This document shows positions 8,143 to 17,351 of a stretch of 59,893 bases of DNA, one piece after another. Every line of letters starts with the position of its first letter. Within the stretch, counting starts at the first letter, position 1. Below the pieces are notes generated by a model. That model was not told where the DNA came from. It did not search any database and was given only the letters and a program-made list of their open reading frames with translations. Made by a program: the position numbers and the translations under genes. The DNA lies in IMG/VR virus record IMGVR_UViG_3300010401_000008, positions 1 through 59,893 of that record; one strand, written 5' to 3'. The stretch comes from a virus.

Positions 8143-10133
8143 GAGTCATCGGAGTCCTTGCCCCACAGGGAGGACTCGGAGCGATTGTCGAGTACACCGT
8201 TTACGTGAATGGCGTTCCGCGCGCTCCGACCACCTCGCTGCTGATGTATGACGTCACGGGTCTTGTGCCCTCGACGACCTATACGTTTGCCGTGCAGGGG
8301 AATGACGCACAGGGAAACGCAACGGACCTGTCCGACTCGATTCAGGTCACGACGCTCGGCAATACGGCTCCGGTGTGGAGCACGGTGCCTCTGCAGTCGC
8401 TCATTGTCGGCAATGCGTATCTCCTGCAGTTCGGCACCTACACCGCCGATCCGGATTCGGATCTGCTGAGCTATTCGGTGGTGTCTGGCAATGCTCCGAC
8501 AGGGGTGACTTTCAATGTCAATCGCCTGCAGGGAACACCTACCGTCGCAGGGCAGAATGTCTCGATCACGATCCGGGCCTCTGATCCTTTCAGCCATACG
8601 GACAAGGTCATCAGCTTTGTCACCTATGCCCCGGATGTGACCGCGCCGCCCGTTCCAACGGGAGTGACGGCAACGCCAGTCTCGAGCTCTCAGATCAATC
8701 TGGCGTGGAACGCATCGGTCGATGCGGCCGGTGGCGCAAGCGAGCTGGTGAGCGGCACGCAGGACTATCGCATCTATCGGGATGGGTCCTTGCGCACGAC
8801 GGTTACCGGAACGAGCTACAGCGATACAGGACTTGCGGCGAGCACACAGTATTCATACCGGGTTAGCGCACGGGATGTCGCGCTGAATGAATCGATGCAG
8901 TCGACAGCCTCCGCAGCAACGACACAGTCCACCGGCGCCCCGGTCTGGACGACCGTTCCGACGATCACGTTCGTGCAGGGCACGGCGAGCAATCAGTCGA
9001 TTGCAGGCTACGTCTCAGATCCGAATAACGATCCACTGACGATCACCAAGAATGCGGTCGCGCTGCCCACGGGCGTGACGTACAACCAGACACAGCAGCG
9101 TTATGAGTACAACGGCTCGGGCACGATTGCGAGCACGAGCGGTCATATCCTGACGGCTGATGATTCGAATGTGGCGAGTATCTGGGCGGCACTCTCGAGA
9201 AGCTATCAGACCGACCCGGCCGGAGCGCGGGCGCAGGGTATTACCTTTGCGACCGACTTCAGCAATCAGGCGCTAGATTTCGATCAGACCAAGCATGTCT
9301 TCGGCGCTTCAGGCGTTGGAGGGCAGACGATTGCGTACTGGAAGTCGCTGGTGTCGAGATATACGGGCGATCCGTATTTTCCAACCTGTCTGAAAATCGA
9401 TTCACCTGCGGCGACCGGTGCGAATGGGGCGAGCTGGATCACCTCGCTCAACGAGATCTGGACGAGCAAGACGCAGGGCTTTGGTTCGGCGGATGTCTGG
9501 ATCTATCTGCGCCTGAAGATCCCGAGCTCGCGGCTGATCGTGCGTCAGAGCGATGGCTGGAAGTTCATGGATGTGTCGGCGTATGACCCAGCGAATCCGC
9601 AGGCGTCTATCTCGCACACGAACTTTGAGCACGTTGGCCAGAATGTGAACTGGCATCAGATCTTCACCTGCTACCGGGATGATGGTAACGGTCAGCCGGA
9701 TTTCGCATTCTTCGATGCCTCGGTCAATGACATTCGCATACAGGGCATCGACAACGGCGCAGGCGTCACGCCGAACTCGGCACGCTATTGTCTCTATAAC
9801 GGAGGCAACTACACCTCCGGCTGCTTCCCGTTCTATGCGAATGAATGGATGCATGTGAAGCAGCGTATCCGGATCGCCTCCTATGGAGGCAGTACCGGCA
9901 ACCAGATGGATTTCTACGTCGCGCGACAAGGCGCAACTCAGTGGACGCAGGTCTATAACCCGCGCAACTATCTCGTGGGTTTGGCAAGTGATGGATACAC
10001 AGGGGGCACCTGTGGTTTGCATCTGAATGCATATGAGACGAATTTTGTTTCAGCAACGGTCGACACCTCTCAGTTCTGGAACTGGTTGGTCGTGGGAACA
10101 ATTGATCCTGCGCCGACCGTGCCGGTGATCTGA
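8139..10133 (+). CDS. FN3/cadherin-like repeat protein with a C-terminal jelly-roll (lyase/glucanase-like) domain
   Basis: It begins with the remainder of an FN3 (GGLGAIVEYTVYVNG...STTYTFAVQGNDAQGN). There is a second complete FN3 (SSSQINLAWNAS...YRIYRDG...QYSYRVSARD). The C-terminal ~300 aa are beta-rich. Confidence 0.6.
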   Translation: MRVIGVLAPQGGLGAIVEYTVYVNGVPRAPTTSLLMYDVTGLVPSTTYTFAVQGNDAQGNATDLSDSIQVTTLGNTAPVWSTVPLQSLIVGNAYLLQFGTYTADPDSDLLSYSVVSGNAPTGVTFNVNRLQGTPTVAGQNVSITIRASDPFSHTDKVISFVTYAPDVTAPPVPTGVTATPVSSSQINLAWNASVDAAGGASELVSGTQDYRIYRDGSLRTTVTGTSYSDTGLAASTQYSYRVSARDVALNESMQSTASAATTQSTGAPVWTTVPTITFVQGTASNQSIAGYVSDPNNDPLTITKNAVALPTGVTYNQTQQRYEYNGSGTIASTSGHILTADDSNVASIWAALSRSYQTDPAGARAQGITFATDFSNQALDFDQTKHVFGASGVGGQTIAYWKSLVSRYTGDPYFPTCLKIDSPAATGANGASWITSLNEIWTSKTQGFGSADVWIYLRLKIPSSRLIVRQSDGWKFMDVSAYDPANPQASISHTNFEHVGQNVNWHQIFTCYRDDGNGQPDFAFFDASVNDIRIQGIDNGAGVTPNSARYCLYNGGNYTSGCFPFYANEWMHVKQRIRIASYGGSTGNQMDFYVARQGATQWTQVYNPRNYLVGLASDGYTGGTCGLHLNAYETNFVSATVDTSQFWNWLVVGTIDPAPTVPVI

Positions 10134-11209
10134 TGACTGCCGTTGCGAGCAATGCCCATACGGTGCAGATCGTGGCGGCGGGCGGCTCTGTACTCGCCAA
10201 TCTCATCAGCGGGCTCGCAGCAGATCAGTGGGGAACGCTCACCGTTGCGAACTCGGTCTCACTTGATCCATCTGGGCAGAGCGGTGACGGGTGGTTTTCT
10301 CAGAGTCCGCGGGGTGAATGGGATTCGCTGCATGACATCGCCAGAACGTGGGGCGCTTGTCACGGCAATGCGGGCACGTTCCAGAGGCAATGGATGTCTG
10401 GATACGTTGACGCCAACAATTCATACATCACGCCGATTGCGATTGCCGGGCCGAATTCCCAGATCACGCACGGGTTTTACGGCGGTCCGGCGATCGATCA
10501 GCAGACAGGGGATGTCTATGGTGCGCAGGCGTACATAGATAACAAGAACATCCGTCGCTACATCTACGCCACAGGCGCTCAGGACACGCCGTTTCCGACG
10601 AACAACGTCATCGACGCGCACTGTTCCGGCATCGCCGTCGCATACCATCCAGGGCTCTACAACGGCGCTGGCGGAATCGTCACGGCGAGCAATTCGGGCA
10701 TCTGGAGTTCTCGCCTGCCGCGATCTGGATCAGTCGCTTGGAACTTCGTTCTCGATCGCACTAGTCAGGTCGATGCGATGGATGATTTCCCTGTCTGCAC
10801 ATACAACCGCAAGGACGGCTGTGTCTATGTAGGTGGCGGCGGCTCATCGGGCCCGCGCAAGCTCTGGAAGATTCCAGCGAGCGCCACGCAAGGAACCGCT
10901 ATTGCGGTGGCCTACCCTCCGGGCCTTCCGTTGTATGAATGGACTTCAAACAGCAGCGCCGCTGCGCTGGTGGCGGCTGGCGATCCAGCCAAGAGCATGG
11001 TGGCGATGGGCAATGACGCCATCATCCGCGCATATAACGAGGTGGGCGATTCGTGGAGCACGCTCGCTGCAGTGGTACCCAACGGGCTCGTGAATTCATA
11101 CAACACATGGTGGAACTTCATCCCGTGCCCGAAATACAAATGCATTCTTGCCATGCAGGGCGCGTCCAACTTGCAGACAAGTCCGACGCTCTACGTCTTC
11201 AATCATTGA
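10133..11209 (+). CDS. hypothetical structural/receptor-binding protein (possible beta-propeller)
   Basis: 358 aa, Gly/aromatic-rich repeats. TGATG coupling to the upstream gene. Confidence 0.45.
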   Translation: MTAVASNAHTVQIVAAGGSVLANLISGLAADQWGTLTVANSVSLDPSGQSGDGWFSQSPRGEWDSLHDIARTWGACHGNAGTFQRQWMSGYVDANNSYITPIAIAGPNSQITHGFYGGPAIDQQTGDVYGAQAYIDNKNIRRYIYATGAQDTPFPTNNVIDAHCSGIAVAYHPGLYNGAGGIVTASNSGIWSSRLPRSGSVAWNFVLDRTSQVDAMDDFPVCTYNRKDGCVYVGGGGSSGPRKLWKIPASATQGTAIAVAYPPGLPLYEWTSNSSAAALVAAGDPAKSMVAMGNDAIIRAYNEVGDSWSTLAAVVPNGLVNSYNTWWNFIPCPKYKCILAMQGASNLQTSPTLYVFNH

Positions 11210-11218
11210 AACGTTGAA

Positions 11219-11890
11219 ATGACCCGTACCGTCGTCGTCGCTGCCTATCCATTCACTGCGGCAGACGGCACGAACGTCAGCGCGCTCAATGGAAGTGCCG
11301 ACTGGACCGAGCAGAACGCGAACAACGGCCAGCTGCGTATCGCGACGAATGGCTTTCAGAACGCGTTCGCGAACATGGCGGACTGCTCGTGGAAGGGCTC
11401 GGGCTCCTTCACCACCGACCAGTATTTCAGCGTCAAGATTCTTGGTTCGTTCAGTTCGAACGACAAGATTGGCGGCTCGCTGCTGAACAATGGCGGCGCG
11501 TTTGGTTCTTTCAGCGCATACCGGATCTACTTTTTCGACAGCACTGGAACTGCGGGAATCGTCGTCGAGAAGATCGTCAACGGCACGGTCACAGCAGTCG
11601 GTACGCAGCTCAATACAACATTCGCCAGTGGCGATACGCTCGAATGTGAAGCGACGACCTCCGGCGGCACGGTGACCTTCACGATCTACAAGAACGGCGT
11701 GTCACTCGGTACGCGTACTGATTCTTCGTCGATCCTGACAACAGGCAAGCCCGGCATCTGCGGATTGATCGCATCGGCGCTGCTTCGTGGTGATGACTGG
11801 GAAGCCGGCAACGTCACCGCTTCTACTGGAACCCTTCTTCGTCCGCGCGCCATGACGGGCGGCATGCACGACATGTCGAGAGGAATGTAA
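11219..11890 (+). CDS. ConA/LamG-like lectin-fold protein
   Basis: GDTLECEATTSGGTVTFTIYKNGVSLGTRTDSS...GKPGICG, typical of LamG-type jelly rolls. Confidence 0.5.
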   Translation: MTRTVVVAAYPFTAADGTNVSALNGSADWTEQNANNGQLRIATNGFQNAFANMADCSWKGSGSFTTDQYFSVKILGSFSSNDKIGGSLLNNGGAFGSFSAYRIYFFDSTGTAGIVVEKIVNGTVTAVGTQLNTTFASGDTLECEATTSGGTVTFTIYKNGVSLGTRTDSSSILTTGKPGICGLIASALLRGDDWEAGNVTASTGTLLRPRAMTGGMHDMSRGM

Positions 11891-13963
11891 ATGTCACTGC
11901 TCTCACGTTTCAATGGCGTAACCAGCGTCGTCATCCGATTCAAGATTCTGGATTCGGCGGTCACCACCGGGGCGGGCAAAACCGGCCTCGCCTTCAATAC
12001 CTCCGGGCTCATCATCTCCACCATCGCAGATGTGGAGGCGACTGCGACCACGTATACCGTAGCAGGCTCAACTATTGAGACCGTCACAACACTTGGTACC
12101 TATGCCGCGCCGACGGCGACGAAGTGCCGGTTCAAGGAAGTGGATGCGACGAACCATAAGGGCTGGTACGAGCTGCAGCTGGCAGATGCGCGGTTCGCTA
12201 TCTCCGGAGCGAAGCATCTCGGGGTGAGCGTTTCCGGCGCATCGGGGGCTGCGGAAACTGATTTCGTCATCGATCTGCAGGCCGGCGCAGATCTGCGCTA
12301 CACCGGCGGCACGGCTTACACGGCGGGCGCCATTCCGGCAGTCGCTGCGGGAGCTGCTGGCGGCCTCATGATCTCCGGCTCCAATGCCGGTACGACCACG
12401 CTGGGCGCACTGACGGTTACTGGTGCCACGACTCTGACCGGCAATGTCTCGGCCGCCGCGGGCGTTACGATCACGCAGAGCACGACCAATGGTGTAGGCC
12501 TCAGTATCACTGGCAATGGCACTGGCGCGGGCCTCAAAGCCACAGGCGGCGCGACCGGTAACGGTGCGACGTTCGCAGGAGGTAGTACCTCGGGCCACGG
12601 ACTCCAGGCCACGACAGTCGGCAGTAACGAGATCGATGCGGACATCACTGGCACGCTGAGTGCGGTGGCGACCGGCGTGCAGACCGCGATCGCCGGCAAG
12701 GTGTGGGACGAGGCCATGAGCGGGCATGTGACCGCAGGCTCATTCGGCTCGATGCTGCAGACGCCAAATTCGGGGACCGCGCAGGCCGGGGGCGCGACGA
12801 CGATCACGCTCGCTTCTGGCGCTTCGGCCACGAACGATTTCTACAAGAACGACGGTATCCAGATCCTGTCAGGTACGGGGGCGGGTCAGTTCAGATTCAT
12901 CACAGCCTATGCAGGCTCGACGAAGGTCGCGACAGTCTCGGCATGGGCCACGAATCCGGATGCGACCAGCGTCTACACGATCATCCCGTTCGGGGCGATT
13001 GCTGGCGCAACAGCGCCGACCGCTTCCGAGAATGCGATCGCCGTGTGGGACGAACTGCGCGCGAGCCACGTGGCCGCAGGCACCTTCGGTCAGTACTTCC
13101 AGCAGGTCTTCCGGAGTGCGACCGCGCAGGCCGGCACGACGAGCTCTATCACACTGGATGCATCCGCCTCCTCGACCAACGATCTCTACAAGTACTCGAT
13201 CATCTCCATCATTGCAGGAACTGGCGCCGGTCAGGGACGGCAGTGCAATGGTTATACCGGCTCAACCAAGGTTGCCACGGTCGGAGTGAACTGGACGGTT
13301 GCGCCCTCGAGCGACTCGGTGTTCATGGTGACCCCGCTGGGCGTGGATGCCGCGACGGTTGCCGCGATTGCCGCTGCAGTCTGGGAAGAGACGCGCGCCG
13401 CGCATGTCACGGCCGGCACGATGGGCGAGTACACCACGGCGGATGCCCAGCGCATCGCGGGCAATGCCACTTCTGCCACGAACCTCAAGAACGCGACCGA
13501 CGGCTCTACAGGCTACGGCTTCACGAACTGCACGATGCCCGTTACGACCACGGTAGGCAGCGTTACCGGCGCAGTGGGCTCTGTCACAGGCGCAGTCGGG
13601 TCTGTCACGGGCGCGGTGGGCTCGGTCACGGGCGCAGTGGGCAGTGTGACCGCAGCAGTGACCGTGGGTACCAACAACGACAAGACCGGCTATACCGTCT
13701 CCACCGTGAGCGACAAGACGGGCTATACACTCTCGAACGCGGGTGTCGATGCATTGTTCACGCGAGCCCTGACAGAGAGCTATGCCACGGATGGCGCCGC
13801 GCCGACCGTCGCACAGGCCTTGTTCCTGATTCAGCAACGCATGACTGAATTTGGCATCTCCAGCACCACGATGACCATCAAGAAATTGGACGGGTCAACG
13901 ACCGCTGCGGTGCTGACTCTCTCCGACGCGAGCGCCCCGACTGGTATTACAAGGAGCGCCTAA
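11891..13963 (+). CDS. tail fibre protein with internal repeats
   Basis: 690 aa. Gly/Ala/Thr-rich shaft, three VW(D/E)E..(S/A)HV.AG(S/T)(F/M)G modules, and 5 x GSVTGAV heptads. Confidence 0.65.
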   Translation: MSLLSRFNGVTSVVIRFKILDSAVTTGAGKTGLAFNTSGLIISTIADVEATATTYTVAGSTIETVTTLGTYAAPTATKCRFKEVDATNHKGWYELQLADARFAISGAKHLGVSVSGASGAAETDFVIDLQAGADLRYTGGTAYTAGAIPAVAAGAAGGLMISGSNAGTTTLGALTVTGATTLTGNVSAAAGVTITQSTTNGVGLSITGNGTGAGLKATGGATGNGATFAGGSTSGHGLQATTVGSNEIDADITGTLSAVATGVQTAIAGKVWDEAMSGHVTAGSFGSMLQTPNSGTAQAGGATTITLASGASATNDFYKNDGIQILSGTGAGQFRFITAYAGSTKVATVSAWATNPDATSVYTIIPFGAIAGATAPTASENAIAVWDELRASHVAAGTFGQYFQQVFRSATAQAGTTSSITLDASASSTNDLYKYSIISIIAGTGAGQGRQCNGYTGSTKVATVGVNWTVAPSSDSVFMVTPLGVDAATVAAIAAAVWEETRAAHVTAGTMGEYTTADAQRIAGNATSATNLKNATDGSTGYGFTNCTMPVTTTVGSVTGAVGSVTGAVGSVTGAVGSVTGAVGSVTAAVTVGTNNDKTGYTVSTVSDKTGYTLSNAGVDALFTRALTESYATDGAAPTVAQALFLIQQRMTEFGISSTTMTIKKLDGSTTAAVLTLSDASAPTGITRSA
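13553..13657 (+). repeat. 5 x 21-nt in-frame tandem repeat (V-G-S-V-T-G-A) inside the tail fibre gene
   Basis: The units start at 13553, 13574, 13595, 13616 and 13637. Units 1-4 differ only at synonymous positions; unit 5 has one Gly-to-Ala change. Confidence 0.9.
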
Positions 13964-14474
13964 GGCGAGTTTCCCGCATTCGAAGGCGTTCACAGGTCCG
14001 GCATTTTCGCCGCCCCTTACGCGGGCCGGTTTCATAGTGGTAGGTGTTTTCGGCGTCGTATGCGTGGCCGTACTTGCACGTGGCACGGAGTGGATTGCCG
14101 CGTTTGGCATTTTCGCTGGCGGTAACAATCTCCATGTGTGCCGGATTCACACAGAGTTTGTTTCGACATAAATGGTCAACGGTCATGTCTTTCTGGATTG
14201 GGCCAACTAGATGCTCGTAGGCATATCGATGAGCCTTCGCGGTGATCGCGGGCTTCTGTTGGATCATGAAGTGGCCGTACGAACGCGCGACGGCGCCTGT
14301 CCAGTTCCAACACGTTTCTGTTTTCTGAACCTTGCGCCAAAAACGAACAGGGGCTGGATCAAATTTAGTTGTATCGAACGAGCCAGTGCGCTTCAAGCGC
14401 ACGTAGTGCGCGCCACAAAGACCCTTCGCCACGGCAGTCCGATCACAATCAGGAACTAGGCATGCACATTTCAT
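13947..14474 (-). CDS. HNH homing endonuclease, antisense to the late operon
   Basis: CLVPDCDR..GLCGAHYVRLKRTG, CWNWTG..YGHF..AHR..VDHLCRNKLCVNPAHMEIVT..EN, ATCKYGH...CRTC. It overlaps the 3' end of the fibre gene by 17 nt. Confidence 0.8.
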   Translation of the reverse strand: MKCACLVPDCDRTAVAKGLCGAHYVRLKRTGSFDTTKFDPAPVRFWRKVQKTETCWNWTGAVARSYGHFMIQQKPAITAKAHRYAYEHLVGPIQKDMTVDHLCRNKLCVNPAHMEIVTASENAKRGNPLRATCKYGHAYDAENTYHYETGPRKGRRKCRTCERLRMRETRLRRSL

Positions 14475-14517
14475 ACATTGAATGTATCACCTCGCACCGA
14501 CAGAATGGTGTCGATCG

Positions 14518-14934
14518 ATGAGTATCGCGCACGTCGTGACCGGCGGATTCGGCAATGGAACGTTCCTCGGTCAGATTCGCCAGGTCGTGGTTGGTGGTTT
14601 TTTCGACTCGATTCTGGCGCCGGTTCAGGTCGCCGCATTTACCACGATCGGCGCGGCGCCCAATTCGGGCACGCACGACTTCCCGAGTGGCCAGTACTTT
14701 CTGGGTGAGACGTCATTCTCAATCAGCCCGGCACTCGAGGCAGGCTGGAGCTTCAACACCTCGACCGGCCTTCTGACGATCGACACCGATGCACAGGGGC
14801 TCTTTGGTCCCTACACCATCACTGGCATCAATGCCGCAGGCTCCACCCCGGGTGAGCCCTTCTACGTCAACATCAGGCCTTCCGCCGCCATCGGGACGCA
14901 CGGCCTGAACATCCATCTCGGAATAGGACTGTAG
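14518..14934 (+). CDS. hypothetical virion protein
   Basis: ATG at 14518 (MSIAHVVTGGFGNGTF...), 138 aa. Confidence 0.5.
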   Translation: MSIAHVVTGGFGNGTFLGQIRQVVVGGFFDSILAPVQVAAFTTIGAAPNSGTHDFPSGQYFLGETSFSISPALEAGWSFNTSTGLLTIDTDAQGLFGPYTITGINAAGSTPGEPFYVNIRPSAAIGTHGLNIHLGIGL

Positions 14935-14937
14935 GCC

Positions 14938-15198
14938 ATGTCTGGAAACCCCAAAGTCAGTCGCGAAGTCTCCCCGGCCTCCAGTGCAGCGGCGGTAACG
15001 CCCTCCGACAATACGATTCTGGATCCTCCCGGCCGCGCGCTCTACGTCGGCGTCACCGGAGACGTCGCGGTCAGGATGGCCGGAGGCGCTCAGGCCCTCA
15101 CGTTCACGAACGTGCAGGGCGGCTCGACACTGTCCATCGCCGTGGACAAGGTGCTCTCGACCGGTACGACCGCCACCAACATCAATGTGCTCTACTGA
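14938..15198 (+). CDS. hypothetical small virion protein
   Basis: 86 aa (ALYVGVTGDVAVRMAGG..LTFTNVQGGSTLSIAVDKVLSTGTTATNI). Confidence 0.5.
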   Translation: MSGNPKVSREVSPASSAAAVTPSDNTILDPPGRALYVGVTGDVAVRMAGGAQALTFTNVQGGSTLSIAVDKVLSTGTTATNINVLY

Positions 15199-15557
15199 TG
15201 CTCGCGAGACTCGATATCCAGACGATCGGCCCGCAGTCGCTGCCGATTCCGGAAGTTTCGGAGGGCACGACGCTTCGCGTGACGGTTCGCCCATTGAACT
15301 CGGACCTCGCGGCTGCGACGCCGTCGAGCATGCGATTTCGGGTGCAGGATTTAATTCAGTGCGCAACCGTCGTGGACTGGACGAGCCTGACACCCGGCAC
15401 CGCCGTTACCGTGACGGTTTCTGCCGCGCAGAACGCATTGCGCAACGGATTATGTCGGGAGAGGCGCCAATTGGTGGCGGAAGCTGTCGATGCTGACGGA
15501 ACGATACGGCAGACTCTGTCGTACGATGTCGTTGATATTGCAGGAGTGGTGGCGTGA
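15198..15557 (+). CDS. hypothetical protein (119 aa)
   Basis: TGATG coupling to the upstream ORF. Confidence 0.5.
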   Translation: MLARLDIQTIGPQSLPIPEVSEGTTLRVTVRPLNSDLAAATPSSMRFRVQDLIQCATVVDWTSLTPGTAVTVTVSAAQNALRNGLCRERRQLVAEAVDADGTIRQTLSYDVVDIAGVVA

Positions 15558-15570
15558 CCGCCTAAGCTCG

Positions 15571-15592
15571 ATTGACTCACTTGTGAATCAAT
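15571..15592. other. imperfect 9-bp inverted repeat upstream of terS
   Basis: attgactca-cttg-tgaatcaat, an AT-rich island in GC-rich DNA. Confidence 0.3.
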
Positions 15593-15610
15593 ATTCTAGG
15601 ATTGGGTTCA

Positions 15611-15979
15611 ATGGCTGGAGCACCGAAGGGCAACAAGAACGGAGCGAAGAAGCATCGCATTCTCACGGACGCACTCCGTCGCGAGTTGCTCCAGTACGAG
15701 GCAGAGGGATGCAAGCCCGGAGAGGCGGCCAGTCTGGTCGCTCGCAACCTGATCAAGAAGGCGCTGGCAGGCGACAAGGATTCGATCAGCGAGCTTTACG
15801 ACAGGCTCGATGGGAAACCCTCCCAGACCGTGGACATGAACATCAACGATGAGCGTCCAGATCGCGACACCCTTATCCGGAGCATGGCCGAACTTCACGC
15901 CCGCCTTGCTGGCCGTAGCGACGGACGAGGAGTTGAGCCAGCTGCGGGACCTGTACCGCCAAGCGATACGACTCACTGA
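15611..15979 (+). CDS. terS: terminase small subunit
   Basis: The N-terminus MAGAPKGNKNGAKKH is typical of small terminases. It lies directly upstream of terL. TTG 15602 is an alternative start. Confidence 0.6.
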   Translation: MAGAPKGNKNGAKKHRILTDALRRELLQYEAEGCKPGEAASLVARNLIKKALAGDKDSISELYDRLDGKPSQTVDMNINDERPDRDTLIRSMAELHARLAGRSDGRGVEPAAGPVPPSDTTH

Positions 15980-17351
15980 ACAGAACCAGATTGAGGCGTA
16001 TTACCCGGACACGGGACCATTACGCCGCGAGCTTTACGCAAAGCATCTCGAATTCTTTGCAGCGGGTGATTGTCGCGAGCGCTGCATGCTGGCAGCGAAT
16101 CGTATTGGAAAGTCCGAAGGGGTCGGCGGCTACGAACTGACACTGCATCTCACCGGACGCTATCCGCATTGGTGGGTGGGCCGGAGATTCGACAAGCCGA
16201 TTCGCGCATGGGCGGCTGGTGATACCGGCAAGACGGTGCGTGACATCCTGCAGGCGAAGCTGCTGGGCCCGCCGAGTGATCCCGGACAATGGGGAACGGG
16301 ACTGATTCCTGGCGACTGCATCGTGCACACGCCATCGAAGCCGGGTGTTCCGGATGCCATCGAGACCATCACCGTGCGGCATGAGAGTGGCGGGACGAGC
16401 GTCCTGCAACTGAAGTCATACGACCAGGGACGTATCGCGTTTCAGGGCACGGAGCAGGAAGTAATCTGGCTCGACGAAGAGCCACCACTTGATGTGTATA
16501 CGGAATGTCTGCTTCGTCTCATGACGACGGACGGCATTCTGATGTCGACGTTCACACCGCTCGAAGGATTGAGCGAGACCGTGATGCACTTCCTACCAGA
16601 CGGGAAGATCCCGGAAGGGATGGAGCGCAAGGACGGGCGTTTCCTCGTCATGGCGAGTTGGGACGATGTTCCGCACTTAAGCAAGCAGGTCAAGGATGCG
16701 CTTTGGGCTGCGCTGCCGCCGCATCAGCGTGAGGCCAGATCCAAGGGTGTCCCGCAGCTTGGAAGTGGCGCGATATATCCGGTGATCGAGGATGACATTA
16801 CGTGTGCGCCGTTCGACATTCCGGAACACTGGCCTCGCGTATACGCGATGGACGTCGGATGGAATCGCACAGCTGTGATCTGGCTCGCAATCGATCGTCA
16901 GTCGCAGACAGTTTACGGCTATTCCGAACACTACCGCGGGCAGGCTGAGCCGTCCGTGCATGCTGAGGCGATTCGCGCACGAGGCGACTGGATACCGGGG
17001 GTCGTTGATCCGGCTGCCCGCGGTCGTTCACAGAAAGACGGCGAGCAGTTGATGCAGCAATACATAGATCTCGGGCTGAGTCTCACCGCTGCAGACAACG
17101 CGGTTGAGGCCGGTATCTATGCGGTATGGCAAAGGCTTTCGGGCGGACGTCTCAAGATCTTCAAGACACTTCAGAACTGGCTGGCGGAGTATCGGGTGTA
17201 TCGACGCGATGACAAGGGTCGGATCGTGAAGGCAAGCGATCATTTACAAGACGCATGTCGCTACGGAATCATGAGCGGCCTTGATCTTGCGATCGTGAAA
17301 CCCGTTCCACACCGGTTCGAGAACGCTTCTGACTCACGGGACTGGGCCTGA
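15849..17351 (+). CDS. terL: terminase large subunit
   Basis: 500 aa. Walker-A-like ANRIGKSEG, IWLDEEPP (Walker B), and a C-terminal nuclease-type segment. It overlaps the terS 3' end by 131 nt. Confidence 0.85.
   Translation: MSVQIATPLSGAWPNFTPALLAVATDEELSQLRDLYRQAIRLTEQNQIEAYYPDTGPLRRELYAKHLEFFAAGDCRERCMLAANRIGKSEGVGGYELTLHLTGRYPHWWVGRRFDKPIRAWAAGDTGKTVRDILQAKLLGPPSDPGQWGTGLIPGDCIVHTPSKPGVPDAIETITVRHESGGTSVLQLKSYDQGRIAFQGTEQEVIWLDEEPPLDVYTECLLRLMTTDGILMSTFTPLEGLSETVMHFLPDGKIPEGMERKDGRFLVMASWDDVPHLSKQVKDALWAALPPHQREARSKGVPQLGSGAIYPVIEDDITCAPFDIPEHWPRVYAMDVGWNRTAVIWLAIDRQSQTVYGYSEHYRGQAEPSVHAEAIRARGDWIPGVVDPAARGRSQKDGEQLMQQYIDLGLSLTAADNAVEAGIYAVWQRLSGGRLKIFKTLQNWLAEYRVYRRDDKGRIVKASDHLQDACRYGIMSGLDLAIVKPVPHRFENASDSRDWA

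Noticed and set aside
13553-13657. The tandem 21-nt repeats as a CRISPR-like array.
   Set aside because: The units are contiguous with no spacers, in frame, and coding (VGSVTGA heptads) inside the fibre gene.
12703-13848. Long alternative-frame and antisense ORFs, for example 12703-13848 (+, 381 aa), 4008-4922 (-), 5170-5937 (-), 20718-21458 (-) and 22356-23117 (-).
   Set aside because: They are Arg/Pro/Gly-rich with low-complexity composition, as expected from off-frame reading of GC-rich genes. They lie wholly inside well-supported structural genes and have no RBS or motif.
11891-13963. A diversity-generating retroelement acting on the repeated fibre modules.
   Set aside because: There is no reverse transcriptase ORF in the genome and no template/variable repeat pair with adenine-specific differences.
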